The notes under the pieces were generated by a model that had not been told where the DNA came from, ran no database searches, and saw nothing but the letters and a program-made list of their open reading frames with translations. From Wolbachia endosymbiont of Dirofilaria (Dirofilaria) immitis (GTDB lineage: Bacteria; Pseudomonadota; Alphaproteobacteria; Rickettsiales; Anaplasmataceae): a stretch of DNA of 32,000 bases. The translations under genes were made by a program, and so were the position numbers. The stretch is from NCBI RefSeq assembly GCF_013365455.1, contig NZ_CP046578.1, positions 888,123-920,122 on the forward strand, given 5' to 3'. Positions 9,768-19,444 of this stretch are shown here, one piece after another; within the stretch, counting starts at the first letter, position 1, and each line of letters starts with the position of its first letter.

Positions 9768-9980
9768 TTAAAAAATATCTCCATATCTATTGTTAAACTT
9801 AGCTAACTTGCTAGTTTTGTTTGCTGATCTACCTGTCAAGCTTCCAGTCCATGCAGGGTGAGTTAGAGGATCCCTATCAAGCCTTATCTTATCACCTTCC
9901 TTTCCATAAGTGGAACGAGTTTCAAATTCTTGACCGTCTGTTATAACTATAGTAACTTTATGATAATCAATTTCTATCAT
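9768..9980 (-). CDS. rpmE: 50S ribosomal protein L31, 70 aa.
   Basis: The sequence ...DYHKVTIVITDGQEFETRSTYGKEGDKIRLDRDPLTHPAWTG... matches the L31 family pattern (HPFYTG-type block as HPAWTG). Confidence 0.88.
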   Translation of the reverse strand: MIEIDYHKVTIVITDGQEFETRSTYGKEGDKIRLDRDPLTHPAWTGSLTGRSANKTSKLAKFNNRYGDIF

Positions 9981-10108
9981 TGCTGCCTATAAGTTTTTCG
10001 TTTGTTAATATTGTAGCGAATTTAATTCACTAAGTCAATTATTATTCTAAAATATTGACAAAAAATAGATAATATAGTCTTCTTGATGAAGAATAAACAA
10101 TAATTATT

Positions 10109-11089
10109 ATGATTTTTGCTTTCCCTGGTCAAGGTTCTCAGTTTATAGGAATGGGAAAGAGTTTATATAGTGAATTTCCTGTTGCAAGACAGGTATTTAA
10201 CGAAGTAGATAATATACTAAATAGAAAATTATCCAGTTTAATTTTCGATGGTCCTATTGAAGAATTAACCATCACAGAAAATGCCCAACCAGCTATAATG
10301 ACAGTGTCAATTGCAACATTACGTGCTATAGAACACGTACTTGGTAGGTCTCTTTTCTCTAATCACAATGCTAAATACATTTGTGGGCATTCAGTTGGCG
10401 AGTATACAGCATTATGTGCTGCAGGTGCATTGACTTTTGAGTCTGCAATTAAACTGCTAAAAGTCCGTAGCAAAGCAATGCACGATGCTTCATTGAAATG
10501 CCAAGGAGGAATGGTTGCGTTATTAGGTGCAGAAATAAGCGAAGTAGAAAATATACTGAAATTGCCCCAAATTGACGGAATTTGTGAAATTGCAAATGAT
10601 AACGGTGGTGGACAGGTAGTAGTGAGTGGTACTGTAGAGGCTCTTGAAATATTACCCAATTTACTCAAAAATACAAACGTAAAGAAATTAATCAAATTAC
10701 AAGTTAGTGGACCTTTTCATTCATCTCTTATGAAACCTGCTAATGAAAAACTTCTAAAATCTTTGGAGAATATCAAAATAACTCAGCCTTTAATTCCCTT
10801 TGTATCAAATGTTACAGCTAAAGAAGAAAGCAATCCCAAAGCTATAAAAGCTTTACTTGCTAAGCAAGTCATAAGTAAAGTTAGATGGAAAGAGATGATT
10901 CTATATATGTCAAGCCACGGAATTAACAAATTTGTTGAAATTGGACCTAATAGGGTTTTATCTAATTTAGTGAAAAGAATTGATCAATCTATCAGTACAA
11001 AAAATATAGACAGTATTAGTGATATTGGTAGCTTTTTTGACAAATCATTAATATTAACAGAAAAAAACTTAAAAGCTAGTTTAAGTTAA
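10109..11089 (+). CDS. fabD: Malonyl-CoA:ACP transacylase, 326 aa.
   Basis: Contains FPGQGSQ, the active-site GHSVGEY, and the VSGPFHS block. Confidence 0.93.
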   Translation: MIFAFPGQGSQFIGMGKSLYSEFPVARQVFNEVDNILNRKLSSLIFDGPIEELTITENAQPAIMTVSIATLRAIEHVLGRSLFSNHNAKYICGHSVGEYTALCAAGALTFESAIKLLKVRSKAMHDASLKCQGGMVALLGAEISEVENILKLPQIDGICEIANDNGGGQVVVSGTVEALEILPNLLKNTNVKKLIKLQVSGPFHSSLMKPANEKLLKSLENIKITQPLIPFVSNVTAKEESNPKAIKALLAKQVISKVRWKEMILYMSSHGINKFVEIGPNRVLSNLVKRIDQSISTKNIDSISDIGSFFDKSLILTEKNLKASLS

Positions 11090-11129
11090 ACGTTACCCCA
11101 GCTGAGATTATAAAGAATAATACAAAAAA

Positions 11130-12650
11130 TCACTCAATCAATGAATTACCTGTCATTTTATCTGTTTTTTTAATTCCAAGTAGCTGTAAAATAGTAGGAG
11201 CAACATCAGACAATCGTCCATCTCTCAGCTTTAGATTGCTACAAAAATCAGAGCATACAATAAATGGAACTCTATTTAAGGTGTGCGCAGTGTGAGGCGT
11301 ATTATTTTCCTCATCAAATACACACTCAATATTACCGTGATCTGACGTAATAATAAGTACAGTATTACCACCTACTTTCTTAATAGCATTAAGCACTCTT
11401 GCAAGGCAATTATCTACAGCCAGCACAGCCTTCTCTGCTGCTTTCATGTTACCTGTATGCCCTATCATATCAGGGTTAGCATAATTTACAACTATTAGTG
11501 CAAATTCTTGGGAATGAATTTTCTCTACAAGTTTTTCTGTAAGCTCAAAAGCTGCCATTTCTGGTTGCAAATCATAAGTTTTAACTTTTGGTGAAGGAAT
11601 CAAAATTCTTTCTTCACCAAAAAAAGGCTTTTCTTTCCTACAATTAAAGAAGAAAGTTACATGGGCGTATTTCTCAGTTTCAGCAATACGTAATTGCCGT
11701 AACTTATTGTCTTCTATCACTTGTCCTAAAGTGTCAGCAAAAGATGTAGCAGGAAAAAGACAAGGAATCTGAAGACTTTCTTTATATTTCATCATACTTA
11801 AAATAGAAGAAAACTTTACTACTTTATTATAGTCCGTCTTACCAAGTAAAATACTTGCCAACTGTATCATACGATCAGCACGAAAGTTAGCCAGTAACAC
11901 CCCATCTTCTGGCTTTATGCCTTGATACTCACCTATTACTGCAGGTCTAACAAATTCATCAGCTATGCTGCTTTGATAGCTATTATCAATCAAAGACATT
12001 ACATTATTATGACGCGGTGCTTTTGTAAATGCAATAGCCTCATAAGCTTCAACTGTTCTCTCCCACCTATTATCACGGTCCATAGCATAATAACGCCCAG
12101 AGACAGTAGCAATTTCTATGTCACCGCCCCTTACACTTTCTTTAAACTCTTGAATGCATTTTTTTCCTGAATTTGGCAACGTATCCCTACCATCCAGAAA
12201 TGCATGTACCACCACTTTGATTCCATGTTGCGATATTTTATTTGCTAAAATTGTAATGTGTTTTTGATGTGAATGGACACCTCCATCTGACACCAGTCCC
12301 ATTATATGACACACGCCGTTCTTATCTTTTAAGCTATTAATAAAATTTTGTAGATTCACATTGCTTTCTATTGTTCCAATTCCTTGATTAATACGCTGCA
12401 GGCTTTGTACTTCCACTCTGCCACCACCAATATTCATATGACCAACTTCTGAGTTACCCATTTGACCACTTGGTAACCCAACGTCAACTCCACAGGCAGA
12501 TAAACTGCATTTTGGATAATTGGAGCTAATATATTGCCAACAGAGTGGATTAGCATTGCTAATAGCATTGTGCTTACTATTTTCTATTCCATTCCCCCAG
12601 CCATCTAATATACATAAAACAACTGATTTAAAGTTCGTCAAAATCACCAT
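11130..12650 (-). CDS. gpmI: 2,3-bisphosphoglycerate-independent phosphoglycerate mutase, 506 aa.
   Basis: Contains [56 protein letters not shown] and TSDHGN. Confidence 0.95.
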   Translation of the reverse strand: MVILTNFKSVVLCILDGWGNGIENSKHNAISNANPLCWQYISSNYPKCSLSACGVDVGLPSGQMGNSEVGHMNIGGGRVEVQSLQRINQGIGTIESNVNLQNFINSLKDKNGVCHIMGLVSDGGVHSHQKHITILANKISQHGIKVVVHAFLDGRDTLPNSGKKCIQEFKESVRGGDIEIATVSGRYYAMDRDNRWERTVEAYEAIAFTKAPRHNNVMSLIDNSYQSSIADEFVRPAVIGEYQGIKPEDGVLLANFRADRMIQLASILLGKTDYNKVVKFSSILSMMKYKESLQIPCLFPATSFADTLGQVIEDNKLRQLRIAETEKYAHVTFFFNCRKEKPFFGEERILIPSPKVKTYDLQPEMAAFELTEKLVEKIHSQEFALIVVNYANPDMIGHTGNMKAAEKAVLAVDNCLARVLNAIKKVGGNTVLIITSDHGNIECVFDEENNTPHTAHTLNRVPFIVCSDFCSNLKLRDGRLSDVAPTILQLLGIKKTDKMTGNSLIE

Positions 12651-12824
12651 ATTATAATAGAATCACACAATATAATGTTTTCTAAAAATACCAAAAATAC
12701 CCCCCCATAACAATCTCTGCATTTATGACACTACACCCCTTATATACCATATATAACAAACCTTTAGCAAGTACATCTAGCACACGCAAACTTTCAGAAA
12801 GGAAAAACCACTTGATAAACTTTT

Positions 12825-12870
12825 GCTACTCTTATCATTTAATCTATGTAGATTAAATGATAAGAGTAGC
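12825..12870. repeat. Perfect 46-bp palindrome: 22-bp arms GCTACTCTTATCATTTAATCTA / TAGATTAAATGATAAGAGTAGC around a 2-nt centre.
   Basis: The arms at 12825-12846 and 12849-12870 are exact reverse complements. The palindrome lies about 175 nt upstream of the gpmI start in a 1.06-kb divergent spacer. Confidence 0.9.
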
Positions 12871-13707
12871 ACGCAATTCGCTTCTTACATTTAATTTTTC
12901 ATCACATGTGCCTTATCCTTTACAACATTTTTAGGTTATTTTTACTCATATAAGCTAGAAAGTATACCTACAGAGGACCCAAAACAGTAAGAGCAACACT
13001 AATTTATAGAATTAGGTAGTTGCATAGCTAGGCTATTATGAAGCTTCTTCACGCTCTTTCTTCTATCTAGCAAATCTTTTAAGTACTTATACTAAAAGTT
13101 AGTTTTACCTCCCCTAATTTAAGATACTGGCAATCAACGTTCATAGAAAAGCATATTAGGTCTCTTATCCCATAAACTTGATGAGTGTATACATATGAAT
13201 AGTACAACGCCACAGAATATCCAGCAGCCATATTCCTCGATAAACAAAATCCACTGTATCATACCTTCATTGAAAATAATTCATACATAAATGCATTAAC
13301 AGGACCAAATTACTTAGCTATCAGAACTACAAAGAAAATATGAACTGCTATGGTTAGCAAATTAGTATGCTCTTAATATCAAAAAACAGATAACTCACCA
13401 CATTATAAAAACATAAACAGAAATTTCATAACTTTTCTCTTCCTATCTTACCAAAAAATATTGTAAATAATATAGTCAATTTTCGGCATAATTTTGATAT
13501 AGTATTTCTACTATGCGACTAAAAAAGCACACGATCATACTAAATAAAGTATTATAAGCTAAACTTGAAAGGATGATCCTTAACAAGGTCTTACTAAATC
13601 TTAGTATTTCCACATCATTGACTATATCAAGTGTTTCTATATTATATACTTCACCATGTTTAACTGAAAAAGATATTTTTCTATACAAGATCTTTCAATA
13701 AAGTGTC

Positions 13708-14699
13708 ATGACACATATTCCAGTTTTACTAAAAGAAATGCTATTGCACCTTTCACCACAAAATGGTGGTGTATATGTAGATGCTACATTTGGAGCTGGA
13801 GGATATAGCAAAGCAATATTGGAGTCAGCTGATTGCAAAGTATACGCAATTGATAGAGATGAAACGGTTATTAAATTCTATAATAATTTAAATGCTAAGT
13901 ATTCCGGTAAAATAAAATTATTTATTGAAAAGTTTAGCAACATTCAAACTATACTAAATAGCAGTAACCTTGAGCGTTGTGCAGAACCCTCTATAATCTT
14001 AAAATCACCTTACAATGCTTCAGCCAGGATTGAGAAAAAAAATGTATGGTCAAGCAACAGGATAATACAAAGTAATGTTGTAGACGGAATTGTGTTTGAT
14101 ATAGGAGTATCGTCTATGCAGCTTAATAAAGGAAGCAGAGGATTTTCATTTTTGCATAATGGTCCGCTCGACATGCGTATGGACAGCTCTTCCTACATCA
14201 ATGCTTCAACATTTGTTAACACTTTACACGAAGAAGAAATCGCAAATACTATATATAACTATGGAGGCGAGCGTTGCTCTCGCAAGATTGCGAGAGCAAT
14301 AGTAAATGCACGTAAAAAAAAACTATCAACACTACATTTGAGCTTGCAGATATTATACGTTCTGTGGTATTTCGCGGAAAAAGTAAGATTGATCCTGCAA
14401 CTAAGACATTCCAAGCAATCAGAATATGGGTAAACAACGAGCTCGAAGAACTTGAAAAGGGCATTAAAGCCGCATCTAAAATCTTAAGTAAGAATGGCAA
14501 GCTAATTGTCATTACCTTTCACTCTCTGGAAGATCGTATAGTTAAAACCCTTTTTAAAGATTTGTGTGAGCTAAGATTTACTCACCACAAAACATTTTCT
14601 CTTCTGAATAAAAAAGTAATCAAAGCAAGTGCAGAAGAAATAAGTGCAAATCCACGTGCGCGCTCAGCAAAATTAAGAGCCATACAAAAGTTATTATGA
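13708..14699 (+). pseudogene. rsmH: 16S rRNA (cytosine1402-N4)-methyltransferase RsmH/MraW, reading frame broken at an A9 tract. It is either a pseudogene, a slippage-rescued gene, or a homopolymer assembly error.
   Basis: ORF 13708..14433 carries VDATFGAGGYS, DGIVFDIGVSSMQL and GPLDMRMD up to ARAIVNARKKK. ORF 14364..14699, whose frame is open from 14316, carries TINTTFELADIIRSVV..DPATKTFQAIRIWVNNELEELE..ITFHSLEDRIVK..NPRARSAKLR. The two frames join at A9 (14314-14322). An A10 tract or a -1 shift gives a colinear protein of about 330 aa. Confidence 0.88.
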
Positions 14700-14700
14700 A

Positions 14701-15470
14701 AACTTTCTATCATCTCAATATGAAGTTATCCAAACAACTCCTTAATATTAATACTAAGCCATATCAAGATAATCCTTTTAAACAGCAAGATGCAGAGGTA
14801 TATAACCACATTATTACAGATATTCTCATATTGACCTCAACTTCTAATAATATTTCCACAATTTTCATGTAGACTTTTTCTTAAATTGCTAGTAGCAAAA
14901 GAGTTCTACCATATTTAGCAACAGTATTAACACTCACCTTAAATCTGAACAAGAGCTTAACTACTCTAGTGACACCATTATAGTATAGCTTTATATAACC
15001 GGGCAATAATTACCCACTAAACTCATGAACATTCGCTTATGTTCCCTTTGAAACAAGAAAACGCTGCCATTTTTTATATTAAGCTCAATAGAATACACTT
15101 ATACACCAAAACCACAGTTGTTTTCTTATAGACAAACTTCTTTAAGCTAGTCTTTACTTACTGTTCTTTTATAATAAATCTTGCTGTTTGTGCTTTATTA
15201 TTATAGCTTGCTAGGAAAAAGGCTAAGTATTATTTTCTCATCTCTCTGCCTCTATATTTATATCCTTTTTCTTTATCATTTCTTTCATTAATTTCTGCGC
15301 TTTTTGAGATTAAGAAATTTATTAATTCTATGTTATCTTACAACATAGCAACAAGACACAGTGAAGTAAAACCCGTCTTTATTTTTGGAATTAATTACTA
15401 GCAGTTTTCTTGTGCTCATTATAATAGCATAATGCAGCGGGTTATTTCTATTCTCACATTTATACTTGGA
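14701..15470 (-). pseudogene. Heavily decayed ankyrin-repeat protein gene remnant. The right-hand boundary is uncertain and it may extend further into the 2.5-kb spacer.
   Basis: Minus-strand hand translation gives three pieces. At 14807-14781: GYIPLHLAV then a stop. At 14859-14812 in another frame: VEILLEVEVNMRISVI. At 14875-14852 in a third frame: SLHENCGN. Together these form one ANK unit (TPLHxA..G..iVeiLLe.g.dvN..d..G.TPLHlAv) with two frameshifts. A further ENRNNPLHYAIIMSTRKLLVINSKNKDG lies around 15440-15432. Many stops are present. Confidence 0.45.
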
Positions 15471-17225
15471 TACTAAAATCAGCCTTACACTCTAGCATGA
15501 TTTCACTCTAACTACATTACCTTCTTTCTTTTATAAAAATTTATGAAAAAGAATAACTTCACTTGTACCTTTCAAGTTACATTAAATCCACTTTTAACCA
15601 ATTAATCTATATCTTCCTTACGCGCTTATACCATTTGAATTAAATCACTTTTGCATCAATAATATCCTACCTGATTAAGATTAAGTTAATTAGTGAAAAA
15701 TATATTATAGCTAAAGTATCACACATAGCCGTACAAGTATTCTTCACAAAAAATGTGTACCTAAGCCACAGCTGTATGAACATTGTTATAAAAGTCCAAG
15801 AAAATACCGTGAAAATAGCTGACATTTATATTTTATTCCAATATCAAATAACTCGAAGTTAAAAAAACAGAGTAAGAATTACTTCAAACTTAACAATCCT
15901 CTAAACCAATTATGTCCGAAAGCAATCACTACCCATAACATAATCCTTGTACCACTAACATAAATAAGAACTAAGCAGCATAAAAAGCCTCCAAGCGTTT
16001 AGTTCATCACCTTCTCTTTTGCACCTTGTTATCATTAATACAGCCAATTTTATTTTATGAAAAATTTGTTTCACAGGTATATTAAGGTATCAGTCTTAAT
16101 TTTACCATATAATCAATTTGGTACCCTAGTATCTGCTTTTCTCTGAAAAAACAGATTTTTGCCTATTATCTCATCAATTCTTAAGATATTAGGTATATTT
16201 TTCATTATTAAACGGTTAAACTTTCAAACCGAAGATCGATCTACATATCCCTCTGGTAGGATACAAACAATCATATAAAGCATGTGCCACAATTAATTTT
16301 TCCTAGATTTTTCCCAAATGATTTCAGACAAAGTCTGAAATATTACCTTTAAGTTTTTACCATCAAATAAAGAATTCTACTATTTGCTCATGAAAAGCTA
16401 TTTTTTGCATGAATAAACCCAAGAATACTTGATCAAATCCTTCAACTAAAAAGCCAGCCTTTTATGAGACAAAGTTTTTTGATACTTTTCTCATAACTGT
16501 ATTTAAAATTTACATCTTCTAAATACTTTAGAACTCTATGATTACCGCAAGCACCTCAAATTTTCCGGTACGCTGAAATATTTTTTTTAGCCAAAATTTA
16601 CTAAACTTAGAAAGCAACAAAATTCCTTAAGTGTTAAAGATAATTGTACTCTTTCCTACAAAATCAACACTACTAAGCATATTCTTTTCAATTTAAAATG
16701 ACACAGATCCATAAACAACGAAAATTAACTCATTATCATTTTTCAGCTATGTATTTTGAAAATACTTCATTTTGCTAGAAAAGTTAGATCTTTTTTTTTA
16801 AACTCACCACAAAAATTTTACCTAAATAGTAACAATATTTACTCAGCAATAAACGTCTATTAACTATTCATAGCAAATCACTTCAGTCGTCATATCTAGC
16901 AACTTGCTTAGAAAATTTACTAAGCTAATAAGATATTATAGCATGTTCTTCTGGCTTTAGTGGCAAATCTACAAGTAATATTATTTAAAAACCCTACTAA
17001 GCTCTTGAATAAAAAGACCTTTTTCTATACAACCTATTCTTTTAGCTACCATAAAAGATATAACATTCTTTTCTATAGGCTCCAATAGTTATTTTAATTT
17101 ACTTCTACCAACAAATGATAGATATAAATATGAAATATAGTATAAGCTTTTTGTTTTGATAATACTTAATACTAAGGTGTAGTTATTACTATTTTCTACA
17201 CCATAAACTCAGCTCTTACTACCAT

Positions 17226-17906
17226 TTAATAACTTACTTTCACACAATACTTACCATCCTTAAAAAGGAATCTAACATTTTTCATTCCTTGATTACGAAG
17301 CTTCGATGCAGCTAATTTAGCAGCTTGAATACTTTCAAAAAATGCTATATATCCCTTACTTTCCATATTGTCTTGTTTTGGATGACGTTTTTGCATCTCT
17401 TTTTCATATTGCTTTCTATAATGAGGAGTCTTTTGTATTAATCGTTCCGACATTTTCCTTAAATATTGAACCTTTACTTTTGTCAGCCCAGATTTATGAA
17501 ATCCTAAAATTTTTGCTGCTTTTTCCGATAGATCTATTAACCTACCCTCAACAAATGGCCCCCTATCGTTAACCCTTACAACAAGTTTTCTTCCATTTCT
17601 TAAGTTAGTAACAAGAACAAAGCATGGTAAAGGCAGAGTTCTATGCGCTGCAGAAATTAAGTGACGGTTAAACACTTCACCATTTGCTGTAATTGTACCA
17701 TGACCTTCTATTCCATACCATGAAGCTATTCCTACCTCTTCATAATGGTTACAGTACTTCGGATAATAAGTTACACCATTTATTGTATAGCTATTACCAA
17801 TTTTATAGTGACCTGCAGTATCATTGCACCTACTGTAGAAACCACAACTACTTACTAAAACAAATATTAGGGACAGCAAGATTAAGTTTTTCATCATCAC
17901 ATTCAA
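17226..17906 (-). CDS. rlpA: RlpA-like lipoprotein (DPBB lytic-transglycosylase fold with a C-terminal SPOR-like domain), 226 aa.
   Basis: Signal peptide with lipobox LVSSC. DPBB blocks ASWYG..GHGTITANGEVF, SAAHRTLPLP and VRVNDRGPFVEGRLIDLSEKAA. The C-terminal GYIAFFESIQAAKLAASKLRNQGMKNVRFLFKDGKYCVKV is SPOR-like. Confidence 0.85.
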   Translation of the reverse strand: MNVMMKNLILLSLIFVLVSSCGFYSRCNDTAGHYKIGNSYTINGVTYYPKYCNHYEEVGIASWYGIEGHGTITANGEVFNRHLISAAHRTLPLPCFVLVTNLRNGRKLVVRVNDRGPFVEGRLIDLSEKAAKILGFHKSGLTKVKVQYLRKMSERLIQKTPHYRKQYEKEMQKRHPKQDNMESKGYIAFFESIQAAKLAASKLRNQGMKNVRFLFKDGKYCVKVSY

Positions 17907-17982
17907 TAAAAAGGCTTAATACCATAAGCATTTTAAACTAAACTATAATAGATTTAGTAATAAGTAAACTTTTACGTTAAAT

Positions 17983-19440
17983 ATGAATGGTACTCAAAAA
18001 GAAACAATACATATAATTGGCATAGGTGGAATTGGAATGAGCGCAATTGCTGAAATCCTCCATAACTCCAACTATAAAGTCCAAGGCAGTGATATACAAT
18101 CAAACACAAATGTAGATAAGCTACAAAAGTTAGGAATAGAGATCTATATTGGTCACAATCCCAATAATATCAGGCAAGCCCAAGTGGTTGTATATTCCTC
18201 TGCAATAAAACCTGATAACATTGAATTAGTTACAGCAAGAGATACTAACAGAATCATTTTACACAGGTCAGATATACTTGCTAAAATCATGAAAGACAAA
18301 TATGTGATAGCAGTTTCAGGATCAAGTGGAAAGACAACAACAACTGCTATGATTGCTTCCATTTTAGACTATTCTAATGGTCCCCTTTCTGTCATCCAAG
18401 TAACTGACACTAAGACCAAGAAAAAAGATCTAGATCTTGGCGTCACACCACAGAATAACAATACCACTGGAATCGATGCAACTGTAATTATAGGAGGGAT
18501 ATTAAACTCCTATCAGAGTAACTTAAAGCTCGGAAGGAATGACATGTTTTTGATTGAGGCTGATGAGTCTGATGGAACTATGATAAAAATCCCTGCGAAT
18601 ATTGCTATCATAACTAGTATTAATAATGATCACATAGACTACTATGGAACATTCAAAAACCTTAAGAAGGCATTTTCCCAATTTGTAAATAAAGCAGATT
18701 TTGCAATTTTACCCCATTCTGTAAGCATTAATTATAATACAAGTAACTCTATAACTTTTGGTCTCAAAGGTGGTGATATTAAAGCTAGCAATATCAAGCA
18801 ATATGCCAACAGTATTAAGTTTGATGTATTGGTTGATAATAACCCAAGAATAAAAAATATAGTACTATCAAATACAATAGGAATGCATAAAATTAGCAAC
18901 GCCCTAGCTGCAATATCTACTTCAATAAAACTAGGGATCAGTGATAAAGAGATTAAAAAAGGTCTCTTAAAGTTTAAAGGAGTAGCAAGAAGATTTTCTT
19001 TAATTGCTAATGTTAAAGGCATTAAATTAATTGAGGATTATGCTCATCACCCCAATGAAATACAGGCAACTTTAATAGCAGCGCGCTCAATTGCTAAAGA
19101 AAAAGTGATAGGAATTATTGAACTATTCCGTTTCATTCGCATTTATAATTTTTTTGATGAATTTATACGAATTCTTATGATGTTTGACTATATTCTCCTT
19201 ACCCCTATCCATCCTCTAGAAGATAAACCAATTCCCGGGTGCAGGATTGATGACATACAAAAAGCTCTACTTAGTAATGGATTTAATAATGTAAAAACTG
19301 TAAATGATGCTTTATTTATCTCACATTCCATTAATAATTTGACAAATTCAGGTGATGTAGTACTATTCATTGGTGCTAGCAGCAATATAGCTAAACTGGC
19401 AAGAGAAACTGCAACACTCATATCAGAAGCAGAGGTTTAA
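17983..19440 (+). CDS. murC: UDP-N-acetylmuramate--L-alanine ligase (MurC), 485 aa, with an internal insertion of about 31 aa and a divergent C-terminal motif.
   Basis: Contains [17 protein letters not shown], the P-loop [33 protein letters not shown] and [10 protein letters not shown]. See the findings for the insertion (18376-18468) and for ELFRFIR in place of the usual QPHR(Y/F)(S/T)R. Confidence 0.85.
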   Translation: MNGTQKETIHIIGIGGIGMSAIAEILHNSNYKVQGSDIQSNTNVDKLQKLGIEIYIGHNPNNIRQAQVVVYSSAIKPDNIELVTARDTNRIILHRSDILAKIMKDKYVIAVSGSSGKTTTTAMIASILDYSNGPLSVIQVTDTKTKKKDLDLGVTPQNNNTTGIDATVIIGGILNSYQSNLKLGRNDMFLIEADESDGTMIKIPANIAIITSINNDHIDYYGTFKNLKKAFSQFVNKADFAILPHSVSINYNTSNSITFGLKGGDIKASNIKQYANSIKFDVLVDNNPRIKNIVLSNTIGMHKISNALAAISTSIKLGISDKEIKKGLLKFKGVARRFSLIANVKGIKLIEDYAHHPNEIQATLIAARSIAKEKVIGIIELFRFIRIYNFFDEFIRILMMFDYILLTPIHPLEDKPIPGCRIDDIQKALLSNGFNNVKTVNDALFISHSINNLTNSGDVVLFIGASSNIAKLARETATLISEAEV

Positions 19441-19444
19441 CATA

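Noticed and set aside
14700-17225. The idea that the spacer between rsmH and murC is the remains of the dcw cluster (ftsL-ftsI-murE-murF-mraY-murD-ftsW-murG).
   Set aside because: The recognisable remnants are ankyrin repeats on the opposite strand. The composition (C>G on the plus strand) fits minus-strand genes. I found no Mur, FtsI or MraY-like peptide by hand translation. Only a frameshift-aware search could revive the idea.
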